DNA of 32,000 bases from Moraxella nasovis (GCF_022701215.1 NZ_CP089976.1:1410001-1442000), one strand, 5' to 3'. Shown: positions 1-10,022, counted from the stretch's first letter. Translations and numbers: made by a program. Notes: generated by a model not told the origin, from the letters alone.

Positions 1-2
1 AT

Positions 3-662
3 TCACCAAAAGCTCATTGTGCGTTTGGTCTGCACCCATTATATATCGCTGATCATGATGAGTGTGACTTGGCTAAACTTGAAGAATATATTGTGAATTA
101 TCGTAGCATTGCCATTAGCGAGATTGGACTAGATACTTACCCTAAGCATTTTGCAGGTGATATACTTAAAAAACAACAGCATTTTTTTATTGAGCAAATT
201 CACTTGGCAAAAAAATATAATTTGCCGATTATTTTACACATTCGTAAGGCTCATGCTCAAGTTTTGAAGATTTTAAAAGAACAAAAATATCGTGCCAATG
301 TGCAAGGCGGAATAGCCCACAGTTTTAGCGGCGGAGAGCAAGAAGCGATAGCTTTCGTTAAAATGGGGTTTAAGCTTGGCATTACAGGTCAAATCACCAA
401 TCCCAATGCTAAAAAGCTAAGAAATGCAGTTATGGCGGTGTTTAATCGATATGGGGCGCAGGCATTTGTGATAGAGACGGACAGCCCTGATATGTTGCCT
501 TTGCCGTGCCAAACTGGTCAGTCTCGATTGAATGAGCCTGCTAATTTATTTTATGTATTACAAGAATTGTCGATTATGTTTAAGATGGATCAAGCTAAAT
601 TGGCAGATATTTTATGGCAAAACAGTAACGATGCCCTATGCCAAAACTGGACTATAAGTTAG
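3..662 (+). CDS. TatD-family metal-dependent hydrolase/DNase (5' end lies outside the window)
   Basis: The frame is open from base 3 (SPKAHCAFGLHPLYIADHD...), upstream of the TTG listed in the ORF track. TatD-like motifs are present: GLHP, SEIGLD, PIILHIRKAH, GIAHSFSG, ETDSPDM. The stop is at 660-662. Confidence 0.8.
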   Translation, partial: SPKAHCAFGLHPLYIADHDECDLAKLEEYIVNYRSIAISEIGLDTYPKHFAGDILKKQQHFFIEQIHLAKKYNLPIILHIRKAHAQVLKILKEQKYRANVQGGIAHSFSGGEQEAIAFVKMGFKLGITGQITNPNAKKLRNAVMAVFNRYGAQAFVIETDSPDMLPLPCQTGQSRLNEPANLFYVLQELSIMFKMDQAKLADILWQNSNDALCQNWTIS

Positions 663-669
663 GTGAATC

Positions 670-1461
670 ATGCTTCAAAATCAGCAAGACAGTCGTAGAT
701 TTATGGGTACTCGCACATTGTACGGTGATGATTTTTATGGGTTTAATAAAGCTCACGTTTTCATTATTGGAATCGGTGGTGTTGGTTCATGGGCGGCAGA
801 GGCATTGGCGCGCACAGGCATTGGCATGATGACTTTGGTTGATTTGGATGTGCTTGCAGAAAGCAATGTAAATAGGCAGTTGCCAGCATTGACTGAGACA
901 CTTGGCGATGGCAAGGCAGATGTTATGGCTCAGCGTATTTTAAGTATTAATCCTGATGCTACAGTAAATATCGTTGATGATTTTTTGACGGTCAATAATG
1001 TAAGTGATATTTTGCCAGATAAACAAACGGTAGATCTCCTAAAACAACAAGGCATTACACCCATTGTGTTAGATTGTACTGATGATATGGGTGCAAAGCT
1101 TGCAATTGCTCTGCATTGCCGATTTAATAAAATTGGGCTTGTGATTTCTGGTGGGGCTGGCGGCAAGTTAGATCCATTGCAAATCAAAGTAGATGATTTA
1201 AAGTACGTGAGTCAAGACCCTTTATTGGCAAGGTTGCGAAGCAAATTGCGAGAAAAGGGTATTAATAAAGCACTAAAAGAAAAATTTGGGCTTAAATGCG
1301 TTTATTCGACCGAACAACTTAAAATGGCAACTGCCTGTGAAAGTGGCTTAAACTGTGGTGGGTACGGCTCTGCTGTCGTTGTGACAAGTACAGTAGGCAT
1401 GGTGATGGCGTCAGAATGTTTGTCGTTGATTGCTAAATCTACTAAATCCATTGAACGTTAA
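670..1461 (+). CDS. tcdA: tRNA threonylcarbamoyladenosine dehydratase (ThiF/MoeB-like, TcdA/CsdL)
   Basis: The N-terminus RRFMGTRTLYGDDFYGFNKAHVFIIGIGGVGSWAAEALARTGIG..LVDLD...NVNRQ is the Rossmann/E1-like signature of TcdA. An AGGTGA SD lies 4 nt upstream, and the gene is tightly coupled to the preceding gene. Confidence 0.85.
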   Translation: MLQNQQDSRRFMGTRTLYGDDFYGFNKAHVFIIGIGGVGSWAAEALARTGIGMMTLVDLDVLAESNVNRQLPALTETLGDGKADVMAQRILSINPDATVNIVDDFLTVNNVSDILPDKQTVDLLKQQGITPIVLDCTDDMGAKLAIALHCRFNKIGLVISGGAGGKLDPLQIKVDDLKYVSQDPLLARLRSKLREKGINKALKEKFGLKCVYSTEQLKMATACESGLNCGGYGSAVVVTSTVGMVMASECLSLIAKSTKSIER

Positions 1462-1480
1462 TTGATATTAATAAGCAATA

Positions 1481-1511
1481 AAAAAGCCAAAAGTACATAC
1501 TTTGGCTTTTT
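1481..1511. terminator. Bidirectional rho-independent terminator between convergent tcdA and efp
   Basis: AAAAAGCCAAAAGT-ACAT-ACTTTGGCTTTTT hairpin flanked by an A-run and a T-run. Confidence 0.65.
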
Positions 1512-1531
1512 TATTTATTTTTGATTAAGAG

Positions 1532-2101
1532 TTATACACGAGATAAATATTCGCCAGTACGTGTATCTACTTTAACAATCTCTTCTTGCTGGACAAATAG
1601 CGGTACACGCACGACAGCACCAGTCTCTAGTCGTGCAGGCTTGCCGCCGCCGCCAGACGTATCGCCACGCACACCTGGATCAGTTTCTACAATTTGTAGT
1701 TCTACAAAGTTTGGTGCGGTAACTGATAGCGGAGCACCGTTAAATAGTGTAATCGTGCAGCGTGCATTTGAGTTTTCTTTTAGCCACTGAGCGGCATCGC
1801 CCATGGCATTTTTATCAGCTTGTAGCTGATCAAATGTCTCAGGATCCATAAAATGCCAAAATTCGCCATCATTGTATAGATAGTCCATCTCAGTATCAAC
1901 AACGTCTGCACCTTCAAGGCTGTCGCCTGATTTGAAAGTCTGCTCTAGTACTTTACCTGTTTTAAGGTTGCGAAGTTTGACACGGTTAAAAGCCTGCCCT
2001 TTACCTGGTTTAACATATTCGTTTTCAATGATAGAACATGGATTGCCGTCAAGCATGACTTTTAAGCCTGCTTTAAAATCGTTAGTAGAAAAACTAGCCA
2101 T
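1532..2101 (-). CDS. efp: Elongation factor P
   Basis: [46 protein letters not shown]... is canonical EF-P, including the modifiable Lys in the PGKGQAF loop. I place the start at the internal ATG (2099-2101), not at the ORF-track start 2161, whose 20 extra residues do not resemble EF-P. Confidence 0.95.
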   Translation of the reverse strand: MASFSTNDFKAGLKVMLDGNPCSIIENEYVKPGKGQAFNRVKLRNLKTGKVLEQTFKSGDSLEGADVVDTEMDYLYNDGEFWHFMDPETFDQLQADKNAMGDAAQWLKENSNARCTITLFNGAPLSVTAPNFVELQIVETDPGVRGDTSGGGGKPARLETGAVVRVPLFVQQEEIVKVDTRTGEYLSRV

Positions 2102-2211
2102 GGGGTTACCTGTGTTAAAGTAAAATAAAGAAATAAAATGTGTTATAATGCATTTTATCAATAAAACACTATATTATAGCTACTTTTCCTAAAATTTGTC
2201 AAAAAAATACG

Positions 2212-3255
2212 ATGCTAAATTTAAAATCTCAGACAAATATCATCAAGATAACCGATGCGGCTGATTCGATGGCAGCTTGGCAACGTGATTTGGCAAATTC
2301 GGTACAAGATTTGCAAACTTTATATCGTTTGGTAGGCTTGCCTGAGTGCGAAAATAGTTATCGTCCTAAAAGTTTTGGGCTGCGTGTCCCAAAAGCGTTC
2401 GTGGATAAGATTGAAAAAGCAAATCCTAAAGATCCTTTGTTATTGCAGATTCTGCCCCAAGCTCAAGAGTTAAATGCAGCAGCAGGCTATACGCATGACC
2501 CTTTGGCAGAAAACGGACAAAGCCCGATAAAGGGACTTTTGCATAAATATAAAAGTCGGGCGTTAGTGACAGTCACAGGAGCGTGTGCGGTGCATTGTCG
2601 CTATTGTTTTCGCCAACATTTTGATTATCAGGCAAACACGCCAAATCATGATGATATGGCACAAATTCTAAGCTATATTCGCCATGATAAAAGTATCGAT
2701 GAAGTGCTCTTAAGCGGCGGCGATCCATTAAGCTTAAGCCATCGCCGTCTGACTGCTTGGCTAACTGCACTGGATGCCTTACCCAATATTCACACCATTC
2801 GCATTCATACCAGAACGCCTGTGGTGCTGCCAAGTCGTATTGATGAGCCGTTGATTGAGTTGATAGCTGGATTATCTAAGCACATCGTGATGGTGCTGCA
2901 TATTAATCATGCCAATGAGATTGATGAGACGTTAAAAGTGCAACTTGCACAGCTTAAAAGAGTTGGTGTCACACTGCTTAGCCAAACGGTGCTATTAAAA
3001 GATATCAATGATGATGCGGATGTATTGGCTAAATTAAGTCATACTGCTTTTGATGCAGGGGTTTTGCCATACTATTTGCATATCTTAGATAAAGTTGTGG
3101 GGGCGGCTCACTTTGATGTGCCGATAGAGCGAGCAGTTGAGCTGTATTGGCAGCTGTTGGAGCGATTGCCGGGGTATCTTGTGCCAAAATTAGTGCAAGA
3201 ATTGCCAAATAAGCCACATAAAATGCCTGTTGATGTGTATCAATTTAACAGATGA
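2212..3255 (+). CDS. epmB: EF-P beta-lysylation protein EpmB (lysine 2,3-aminomutase-like radical SAM enzyme)
   Basis: Radical-SAM CxxxCxxC motif (CAVHCRYCFRQ), SGGDPL, and KamA/YjeK-like overall sequence. The gene is divergent from efp, the classic arrangement. Confidence 0.9.
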   Translation: MLNLKSQTNIIKITDAADSMAAWQRDLANSVQDLQTLYRLVGLPECENSYRPKSFGLRVPKAFVDKIEKANPKDPLLLQILPQAQELNAAAGYTHDPLAENGQSPIKGLLHKYKSRALVTVTGACAVHCRYCFRQHFDYQANTPNHDDMAQILSYIRHDKSIDEVLLSGGDPLSLSHRRLTAWLTALDALPNIHTIRIHTRTPVVLPSRIDEPLIELIAGLSKHIVMVLHINHANEIDETLKVQLAQLKRVGVTLLSQTVLLKDINDDADVLAKLSHTAFDAGVLPYYLHILDKVVGAAHFDVPIERAVELYWQLLERLPGYLVPKLVQELPNKPHKMPVDVYQFNR

Positions 3256-3266
3256 TAAAAAAGTAC

Positions 3267-3294
3267 TTGATTTTTGGTAAAAATTTGGTAGAAT
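3267..3294 (+). promoter_or_regulatory. Sigma70-type promoter for tRNA-Val
   Basis: TTGATT (3267-3272), 16-nt spacer, TAGAAT (3289-3294). The predicted start is a few nt before the mature tRNA 5' end. Confidence 0.5.
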
Positions 3295-3305
3295 AGTTGC
3301 ACTTT

Positions 3306-3382
3306 AGGCGTATAGCTCAGTTGGTTAGAGCACCACCTTGACATGGTGGGGGTCGATGGTTCGAGTCCGTTTACGCCTACCA
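3306..3382 (+). tRNA. tRNA-Val (anticodon GAC)
   Basis: Hand-folded cloverleaf: acceptor AGGCGTA/TACGCCT, D arm GCTC-AGTTGGTTA-GAGC, anticodon arm CCACC-TTGACAT-GGTGG, T arm with TTCGAGT loop, encoded ACCA 3' end. Confidence 0.93.
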
Positions 3383-3387
3383 TATAC

Positions 3388-3426
3388 AACCCCTTGAAAC
3401 GTAATGGTTTCAAGGGGTTTTGTTTT
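3388..3426 (+). terminator. Rho-independent terminator after tRNA-Val
   Basis: 13-bp perfect stem AACCCCTTGAAAC / GTTTCAAGGGGTT followed by TTTGTTTT. Confidence 0.75.
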
Positions 3427-3695
3427 AACGGTAATAAATTTTTGGTTAAAATTAAACCAGTTATTTTTCCTATTTCGTATAAAATACGCAAAACAGGAAA
3501 AAATTTACGCCAAAACAAAGCAGCTAAGACAATTAAACAAACATACCCGTTAGGTGTAGCATTAATGGATTGGATAATGACTATTATTTTTTTTTGCATA
3601 AAGACATTAGCCATGCGTTCAATTACAGAATATGCTAAAATAACGGCAAAATTTATAAAAATTATGCATGACAAATGAGTAAGCTTACGCTCTAA

Positions 3696-3974
<279 letters not shown>

Positions 3975-3992
3975 GCCAAAGTAGTAACGTAT

Positions 3993-4017
3993 AACGCCTT
4001 AAATCAGGCGTTTTTTT
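3993..4017 (+). terminator. Rho-independent terminator after the ferredoxin gene
   Basis: AACGCCT-TAAATC-AGGCGTT followed by a T-run. Confidence 0.6.
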
Positions 4018-4047
4018 ATTGGCAAGACAATAATTACAAATAAAAAT

Positions 4048-4066
4048 GAAAATGACTATTATTTTT
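4048..4066 (+). promoter_or_regulatory. Candidate Fur box upstream of the TonB-dependent receptor
   Basis: GAAAATGACTATTATTTTT matches the GATAATGATAATCATTATC consensus at about 14/19 positions by eye. It lies about 70 nt upstream of the receptor ATG in an AT-rich promoter region. Confidence 0.4.
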
Positions 4067-4138
4067 ATTGATATTCATGAAAGAATTGTTTAATATATGC
4101 AAAGGTTGTACTACTTATGCTAACAAAAGGAAATATTC

Positions 4139-6283
4139 ATGAAAAAACACCCCTTCGTCTTATTACCGCTGGCTGCTGTTATGGCAAGCGTTGCACATGC
4201 TGAGACCACTCCTGTGGTTCAGTTGGCGTCAGATCACTTTGTGGTTAACCGTCAGGGTACAAAGGTGCAAACCAACGTGGTTACACTCAAAGAAAAAGAT
4301 GCACGCACCGAGACAGATTTACGAGGTTTGTTATCTGATGAACCCGCTATTGAGTTTGGTGGCGGTAATGGCACATCGCAATTCATTGCCATTCGCGGCA
4401 TGGGTCAAAACTCAGTGGATTTAAAGATAGATGATGCGTATTCCGATAGTCAAATTCTATACCATCAAGGTCGCCACATGTTAGACCCTGAACTAGTAAA
4501 AATTGTCTCTGTGCAAAAAGGTGCAGGCTCAGCATCGGCAGGTATTGGAGCGACCAATGGTGCGATTGTTGCCAAGACGGTTGAAGCTCAAGATTTGTTA
4601 GTAGGTTCAGATAAGAATTATGGAGCGAAAGTAGGTTTTGGCTATGCTAGCAATAATGAGCATTCTTATAAAGCAAGTGTATTTGGCAAGACAGGTAATG
4701 TTGATGCCTTGGTGGCGTATAATCGTGTTAATTCTAAGAACTACGATGCAGGCGGTGCCTTTAAAAATGGTATAGACGATAAGTCGTATGTGCCGTATAG
4801 CGGACTTGATAAAGTGGGCTTGCTGGCAAAAGTGGGTGTTAATTTAGACAATCACCGTTTCGTACTAAGTCATATGAAAAATACCAATAAAGGTGTGCGT
4901 ACGGTACGTGAAGAGTTCACTGTCGATGACCGCAAGGTTTGGAATGCACAAAAGAAAATATGGGAAGATAACCGCACTAGTGCAAAACGACAAGTACCTG
5001 CCTATCGTGAGATAAGTGTCGATAACACCAACCTTGAATGGACGGCAAGTAATTTAGGATTCGCTGACACAGCAAAAGCCAATGCTTATGTCATGAACAA
5101 TAAACGTTATTCAGCAGATGATTCAGGCTGTGGTTACTGTGGCAACATTGCAGGTGAGACTACAACCACCATTAAAACTAAGGGCTTAAACCTAAATTTA
5201 GACAGTACAGTGCAAGATACTCTGGTTAAATATGGTATTAACTATCGCAATCAAGAAGTGCAGCCACATACTTTCTTTGAAAATGACGTTAATGCTGCTT
5301 ATCAGGCGGATTTGGCAAGAAATCCAAATAAAAAACATAAGTACGATGGACGCATTGAGCTTAGAAATCCGAATAAGACTGATGTGGGCGTTTATGCTGA
5401 AGCAATCAAAGACATTGGTAATCTGACATTAACGGCAGGCTTGCGTTATGACCGCTTTGATTTTGAAGCAGTTGATGGTAAAAAAGTTTCAGATAGTGCA
5501 ATCAACCCAAGTTTTGGTGTGATTTATCAAGCAACACCTGAGCTTAGTCTAAGTGCGACACATAACTATGCTAGCCGTAGCCCACGTCTATACGACGCTC
5601 TTTTGGCACACAGTAAGCCAAATCGTGGTGTAACTACGATTGCTGATGGCACAGTTGCTGAAAAAGCAAAAAATACCGAGATTGGCTTTAATTATAAAGC
5701 AGGAAATGTAACCGTTGATGGCAGTTACTTCTGGCAAAAAATTGACGATGCTCTTGCCAATCCGCAAAATCGTCATGAAGGTCAAGACGATAAGCTTGTG
5801 ATTAAGCAAATTACAAATGCAGGTTACATTAAAAACCACGGTTATGAGCTTGGCGTATCGTATAAAGATCGTAACTGGACGGCTCGTGCAGGCGTGGCAC
5901 AGAGCAAACCACGTCTTTATGACACGCATAAAGATAAGCTGCTTAGTGCCAATCCTGAGTTTGCAGTGCAGACTGGACGCACTTGGACGGGGTCTTTGGC
6001 ATATCAGTTTAATGAACCAAACTTAGAGCTAGGTGCTAGAGTGCGTGTAGTTGAAGGTGCTTCTGAAAGTGTGCTTGCACGTGATACTGCCCCAACAATT
6101 CGCGATGCTTATAATACGGGTGATATTTTTGCTAACTGGAAGCCATACGGTAATGATACGCTAAATGTAAACTTTGCGGTAAATAACATTGCTAATAAAT
6201 TGTACTATCCGCACAGTCAGCGTGGCACGACACTACCAGCTGTAGGACGTGATTTCCGTGTTGGTGTGAACTATAAGTTCTAA
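4139..6283 (+). CDS. TonB-dependent outer-membrane receptor (probably iron/heme-related; substrate not assignable)
   Basis: Signal peptide MKKHPFVLLPLAAVMASVAHA. Plug-domain motifs (IEFGGGNGTSQFIAIRGMGQNSVDLKIDD; VSVQKGAGSASAG). Beta-barrel with terminal ...FRVGVNYKF aromatic residue. Confidence 0.85.
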   Translation: MKKHPFVLLPLAAVMASVAHAETTPVVQLASDHFVVNRQGTKVQTNVVTLKEKDARTETDLRGLLSDEPAIEFGGGNGTSQFIAIRGMGQNSVDLKIDDAYSDSQILYHQGRHMLDPELVKIVSVQKGAGSASAGIGATNGAIVAKTVEAQDLLVGSDKNYGAKVGFGYASNNEHSYKASVFGKTGNVDALVAYNRVNSKNYDAGGAFKNGIDDKSYVPYSGLDKVGLLAKVGVNLDNHRFVLSHMKNTNKGVRTVREEFTVDDRKVWNAQKKIWEDNRTSAKRQVPAYREISVDNTNLEWTASNLGFADTAKANAYVMNNKRYSADDSGCGYCGNIAGETTTTIKTKGLNLNLDSTVQDTLVKYGINYRNQEVQPHTFFENDVNAAYQADLARNPNKKHKYDGRIELRNPNKTDVGVYAEAIKDIGNLTLTAGLRYDRFDFEAVDGKKVSDSAINPSFGVIYQATPELSLSATHNYASRSPRLYDALLAHSKPNRGVTTIADGTVAEKAKNTEIGFNYKAGNVTVDGSYFWQKIDDALANPQNRHEGQDDKLVIKQITNAGYIKNHGYELGVSYKDRNWTARAGVAQSKPRLYDTHKDKLLSANPEFAVQTGRTWTGSLAYQFNEPNLELGARVRVVEGASESVLARDTAPTIRDAYNTGDIFANWKPYGNDTLNVNFAVNNIANKLYYPHSQRGTTLPAVGRDFRVGVNYKF

Positions 6284-6315
6284 TGCGCTATAATTTTTAA
6301 AACAATTTCTCCACC

Positions 6316-6347
6316 GCCCAGTTCAAAGCTTGAGCTGGGCTTTTTTT
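6316..6347. terminator. Bidirectional terminator between the convergent receptor gene and xerC
   Basis: GCCCAGTTCAA-AGC-TTGAGCTGGGC hairpin followed by TTTTTTT. Confidence 0.65.
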
Positions 6348-6374
6348 AGGTGCTATTTAGATGATGGGTAGGAT

Positions 6375-7379
6375 TTATTTTTTAGTATTGAGCTTATGGG
6401 CGATGGCTCTTGGGTGGGTCTTGTCATACACTTGTGTGAGTGCTTTAAAATCCACCTGAGTGTAGATTTGTGTGGTGCTGATGTCGCTATGCCCAAGCAT
6501 TTCTTGTACTGCACGCAGATCACCACTAGAAGATAGAAGGTGAGAGGCAAAGCAATGACGCAAAAGATGGGGGTATAGATTGTGATCGATACCAGCGTTT
6601 TTAGCCAGCGTTTTTAGACGTAACTGCACGGCACGAGTAGATAGCCTTGTGCCATGGCGTTCGCTGACGAATAAGGCGTTTGTGCTTTCTTGCCATAGAT
6701 CTCGGTGAGGTAGGTATAAAGTTAGTGCATCAATTGCCTTTTGACCAATAGGGACGATACGCTGTTTATTGCCTTTGCCAAGCACTCTCACAATGCCTTG
6801 TTTTAGGTTAATGTCGTGGGTATCAAGACCGACAAGCTCAGACAGTCTTAGCCCACTACTGTACATCAGCTCAAACATGGCTCTATCTCGCACCCACAGT
6901 CGTGCTTGGCTTGCATCATCTGGCATAGGCTGATCAAGTAGATGTGCCATTAAATCCACATCAACGATTTTGGGCAACGCCCTAGGGTCTGATTTTAGGC
7001 GATAACCTGTGGTGGGGTTGGTGGCAGCTTTACCATTTTCAATGAGATGGGCATAAAATTTACGTATGGCACTGATTTCTTGCTTGGCACTGATAGGCTT
7101 AATGCCGTCTCGTTCAAGGCGTATGCTTAAGAAAGTGGCTAAATCTTTTTTATCACATGCCAAATAATCGCCTTTAAGTCGGCGACTGTCATCAATAAAG
7201 CTCAAAAAACGCCAAAGTGTGGCACGATAAGCATCTACTGTGTGTGCAGAATAGTTTTGTAAGCTAAGCTTATCAAGCCAAGCTTCTGCCACCGCCCAAT
7301 GCTTGGGCGGAATGTCTTTTGCTGGTAAATCTTGAGGCAACGCAGTAAGAGCGTGCGACAGTCGCATGGCATTAGACAT
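6375..7379 (-). CDS. xerC: Tyrosine site-specific recombinase XerC
   Basis: C-terminal catalytic region ...HLLRHCFASHLL...LGHSDISTTQIYTQV with the R-H-R-Y signature. It sits directly downstream of dapF, the conserved gammaproteobacterial position for xerC. Confidence 0.88.
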   Translation of the reverse strand: MSNAMRLSHALTALPQDLPAKDIPPKHWAVAEAWLDKLSLQNYSAHTVDAYRATLWRFLSFIDDSRRLKGDYLACDKKDLATFLSIRLERDGIKPISAKQEISAIRKFYAHLIENGKAATNPTTGYRLKSDPRALPKIVDVDLMAHLLDQPMPDDASQARLWVRDRAMFELMYSSGLRLSELVGLDTHDINLKQGIVRVLGKGNKQRIVPIGQKAIDALTLYLPHRDLWQESTNALFVSERHGTRLSTRAVQLRLKTLAKNAGIDHNLYPHLLRHCFASHLLSSSGDLRAVQEMLGHSDISTTQIYTQVDFKALTQVYDKTHPRAIAHKLNTKK

Positions 7380-7417
7380 ATCTTAGGTTACCCATCTGCC
7401 TATGGTGTCTAGGCGTG

Positions 7418-8326
7418 TTATGATGTGACGTCATGATCGCTTGGGTTTGGTGTTAGTTCAATACCTGCACGAGCTGCTAGACCATTTGGGCTAAATACCC
7501 CTTCATAGACAAAGGCTGTCGGACCTGTCATAAGTACTGAATAGCCTTCTTGCCAGCGAATTGCCATGCTGCCACCATACAGCTGAGCTCTAATATCTTC
7601 TCCTTCATCAAGCCAGTCTTCACGAATGCCAGTAACGACAGCTGCACAAGCCCCAGTGCCACACGCTTGGGTCTCACCGACGCCACGCTCATAGACACGC
7701 AGGCGGATATGACGCTGATTCACCACTTGCATAAAGCCGACATTTACACGATCTGGGAAGGCTTCATGGCTTTCAATAGCTTTGCCGATTCGCGCCACAT
7801 CTACAGCCATAACGTCATCTACTTTGATGATGGCGTGCGGATTACCCATGTTGGCAACATACAGTTGAATTGGTTCGCCATCAACATTTAGACGATAGGC
7901 GTTACCTACTTTGGTGATGGCAGTCGGTGCAAATGGAATATCCCGTGGTTCAAACTTAGGCTTACCCATCTGAACTTGAACCCAGCCGTGACGATCGGTG
8001 GCAAGCGTGATAATACCGCTTGCAGTTTCGACTTTTAGGCGTTGTTTAAAGGTGAGTTTGCGAGCTTGCACGAACGACATAAAGCAGCGAGCCCCATTGC
8101 CACATTGCTCAACTTCTGTGCCATCACTGTTAAAAATGCGGTATTTAAAATCAACATCGGGACGACTTGGCGGCTCAACGATTAAAAGCTGATCAAACCC
8201 CACGCCTAAGTGACGATCGGCAAGCAGACGCACCAAGTCAGTGTTTAAATCCATTCTTTGGGTTACAAGGTCAATCACCATAAAATCATTGCCAAGCCCG
8301 TGCATTTTTGTAAATTCAATCAACAT
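7418..8326 (-). CDS. dapF: Diaminopimelate epimerase
   Basis: MLIEFTKMHGLGNDFMVIDL..., with catalytic Cys motifs (EQCGNGARC, ACGTGACAA). It has a C-terminal tail of about 25 aa beyond the usual length. Confidence 0.95.
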   Translation of the reverse strand: MLIEFTKMHGLGNDFMVIDLVTQRMDLNTDLVRLLADRHLGVGFDQLLIVEPPSRPDVDFKYRIFNSDGTEVEQCGNGARCFMSFVQARKLTFKQRLKVETASGIITLATDRHGWVQVQMGKPKFEPRDIPFAPTAITKVGNAYRLNVDGEPIQLYVANMGNPHAIIKVDDVMAVDVARIGKAIESHEAFPDRVNVGFMQVVNQRHIRLRVYERGVGETQACGTGACAAVVTGIREDWLDEGEDIRAQLYGGSMAIRWQEGYSVLMTGPTAFVYEGVFSPNGLAARAGIELTPNPSDHDVTS

Positions 8327-8432
8327 TTATTCATCTCCTTTTTGCTATTTTTGTATAGCTATCTTATCACGCCTTCATGATTTTAGCTAATGTTTGACAA
8401 ACAGCCCTAAAATTATCTTAGTGTTCTTATGA

Positions 8433-8460
8433 TTAAAAAAGTGCGATATTTCACGCACTT
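8433..8460 (-). terminator. Rho-independent terminator after lysA (minus strand)
   Basis: On the minus strand: AAGTGCG-TGAAATAT-CGCACTT followed by TTTTTT. Confidence 0.55.
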
Positions 8461-8503
8461 ATTGTATCTGGGGGCGGTAAAGATAAGCTTAATGGTGGCG
8501 TTA

Positions 8504-9778
8504 TTATGCACATTCCCCACGCCATAGGTCTTCTAGCGTTTCACGCTGTCTGATGGTGCGATGTGTGCCGTTATCACAAAGTATCTCAGCTGGACGTGGA
8601 CGGCTATTATAGTTGCTTGCCATGCTAAAACCATACGCCCCTGCTCCTGTAATAGCAAGTAAATCGCCAACGGATAAAGCTAGGTTGCGATTATCGCCAA
8701 GAACATCGCTCGATTCACACACTGAGCCGACAAGCGTCCAAGTTTGTGTAGCAGCATCGGTGAGTGTTGCAGGAATGATTGCCATCACCGACTGATATAA
8801 AGCAGGGCGAAGTAGTTCGCACATAGAAGCGTCAGTCACAGCGAAGTTCTTAAATTCGGTTGGTTTTAATACATCTACTTTGGTGAGTAGCACGCCAGCA
8901 TTAGCAACGATATTACGCCCAGGTTCTAAATAGACCGTTAGCCCAAGTGCTTTCAGTTTTGGCATAAGCTCATCAGCTAAGTCTTGGATGCTAGCTGGGT
9001 TTTCATCAATATAACGCACGCCTAAGCCACCACCAAGGTCAATGTGATGCAGCTTGATACCAATCTTGGAAAGTTCGTCAATTAGCTCGATGATTTTATC
9101 TAAAGCGTCTTTAAAGGGCGATATTTCAAGAATCTGTGAGCCGATATGACAATCAATGCCGACAATCTCAAGGTTGGTTAGACTTTTGGCGTATTGATAA
9201 GCATGTATGGCGTTATAAATGCCAAATTTATTATCACGCATTCCTGTTGAAATGTAGGGGTGTGTCTTGGCATCGACATCAGGATTGACACGAATAGAGA
9301 TACGAGCCTTTTTGTTTAGCTGCTTGGCAACTGAATCAATCAAATCAAGCTCGCTCATCGCTTCTACATTAAAGCAGTCAATATCAGCCTGTAACGCAAA
9401 GGCAATGTCATCGCTGGTTTTACCAACGCCAGAATACACGACTTTTTTGCCATCGGTAACTTGTAATACACGAGCAAGCTCTCCTTTTGAGACGATATCA
9501 AAGCCTGCCCCATGTTTGGCAAGTAGCTTTAGCACAGCTAGGTTTGAGCAGGATTTTACCGCAAAGCATATCTGATGATTGATGGCACTAAAGGCAGATT
9601 TATAGGCGTTTAGTTGCCCTAAAATGGCGTTTTTGCTATAGACATAAAGCGGTGTCTGATAAGTGCTTGCTAAGTCATGAGCATTCACGCCATCGATGTG
9701 CAGATGGTTGTTGCGATACTCAATAAACGGCAGAGCGTCGGTAAGAGTGATGGGGTCGATGGTTAGGCTGTCTGTCAT
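8504..9778 (-). CDS. lysA: Diaminopimelate decarboxylase
   Basis: PLP-dependent Orn/DAP decarboxylase motifs (ICFAVKSCSNLAVLK; HIDLGGGLG; CESSDVL). I place the start at the internal ATG 9776-9778 (MTDSLTIDP...). The ORF-track extension of 58 aa is low-complexity and would overlap the lptM gene. Confidence 0.9.
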   Translation of the reverse strand: MTDSLTIDPITLTDALPFIEYRNNHLHIDGVNAHDLASTYQTPLYVYSKNAILGQLNAYKSAFSAINHQICFAVKSCSNLAVLKLLAKHGAGFDIVSKGELARVLQVTDGKKVVYSGVGKTSDDIAFALQADIDCFNVEAMSELDLIDSVAKQLNKKARISIRVNPDVDAKTHPYISTGMRDNKFGIYNAIHAYQYAKSLTNLEIVGIDCHIGSQILEISPFKDALDKIIELIDELSKIGIKLHHIDLGGGLGVRYIDENPASIQDLADELMPKLKALGLTVYLEPGRNIVANAGVLLTKVDVLKPTEFKNFAVTDASMCELLRPALYQSVMAIIPATLTDAATQTWTLVGSVCESSDVLGDNRNLALSVGDLLAITGAGAYGFSMASNYNSRPRPAEILCDNGTHRTIRQRETLEDLWRGECA

Positions 9779-9809
9779 GGTCGTCTCGTTTGGATTTAAG
9801 TCTATGTTG

Positions 9810-10022
9810 TTAGTAGCTTTGGTCTGCGCTTTGTTTGTCGATGTCGTCTTGATGGGCTTTTTTGTCAAGGTGCTTTGTGAATTTTGGTAATAAAAAATTG
9901 TCTTTTTTGGTGGTATGATCAGCTGGCAGGTATAACGCCCCTTTTTGACCACAACTTGTTAGGCAAATGATGGCAACTAAGCCGCTAAAAGCATAAACTA
10001 AAGTTTTCATTATCATATCCAT
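9810..10022 (-). CDS. lptM: LptM (YifL/LppL)-family small lipoprotein
   Basis: Signal peptide plus lipobox (...AIICLTS-C) followed by the family signature CGQKGALYLP. It lies immediately upstream of lysA, as in other gammaproteobacteria. The true start may be one of the in-frame ATGs at 10016 or 10010. Confidence 0.8.
   Translation of the reverse strand: MDMIMKTLVYAFSGLVAIICLTSCGQKGALYLPADHTTKKDNFLLPKFTKHLDKKAHQDDIDKQSADQSY

Noticed and set aside
3478-3491. An identical 14-mer TATAAAATACGCAA at 3478-3491 and 22438-22451 might be a shared regulatory element.
   Set aside because: A single shared AT-rich 14-mer is about what chance predicts in 32 kb on both strands. Only the second copy has a proper -35 partner. 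There is not enough evidence to call a motif.
3240-3678. ORF-track entries 3240-3674 (-) and 3343-3678 (+) as protein-coding genes at full length.
   Set aside because: Both run straight through the tRNA-Val gene and its terminator hairpin, and the minus ORF starts with TTG and has no SD. Only the tRNA-free part of the spacer is kept as a low-priority finding.
8504-9952. Longer ORF-track starts for lysA (9952), efp (2161), yihY (18855), lspA (28539) and the citE-like gene (27965).
   Set aside because: The N-terminal extensions are low-complexity or overlap the upstream gene. Internal ATGs give proteins that begin where the families normally begin.
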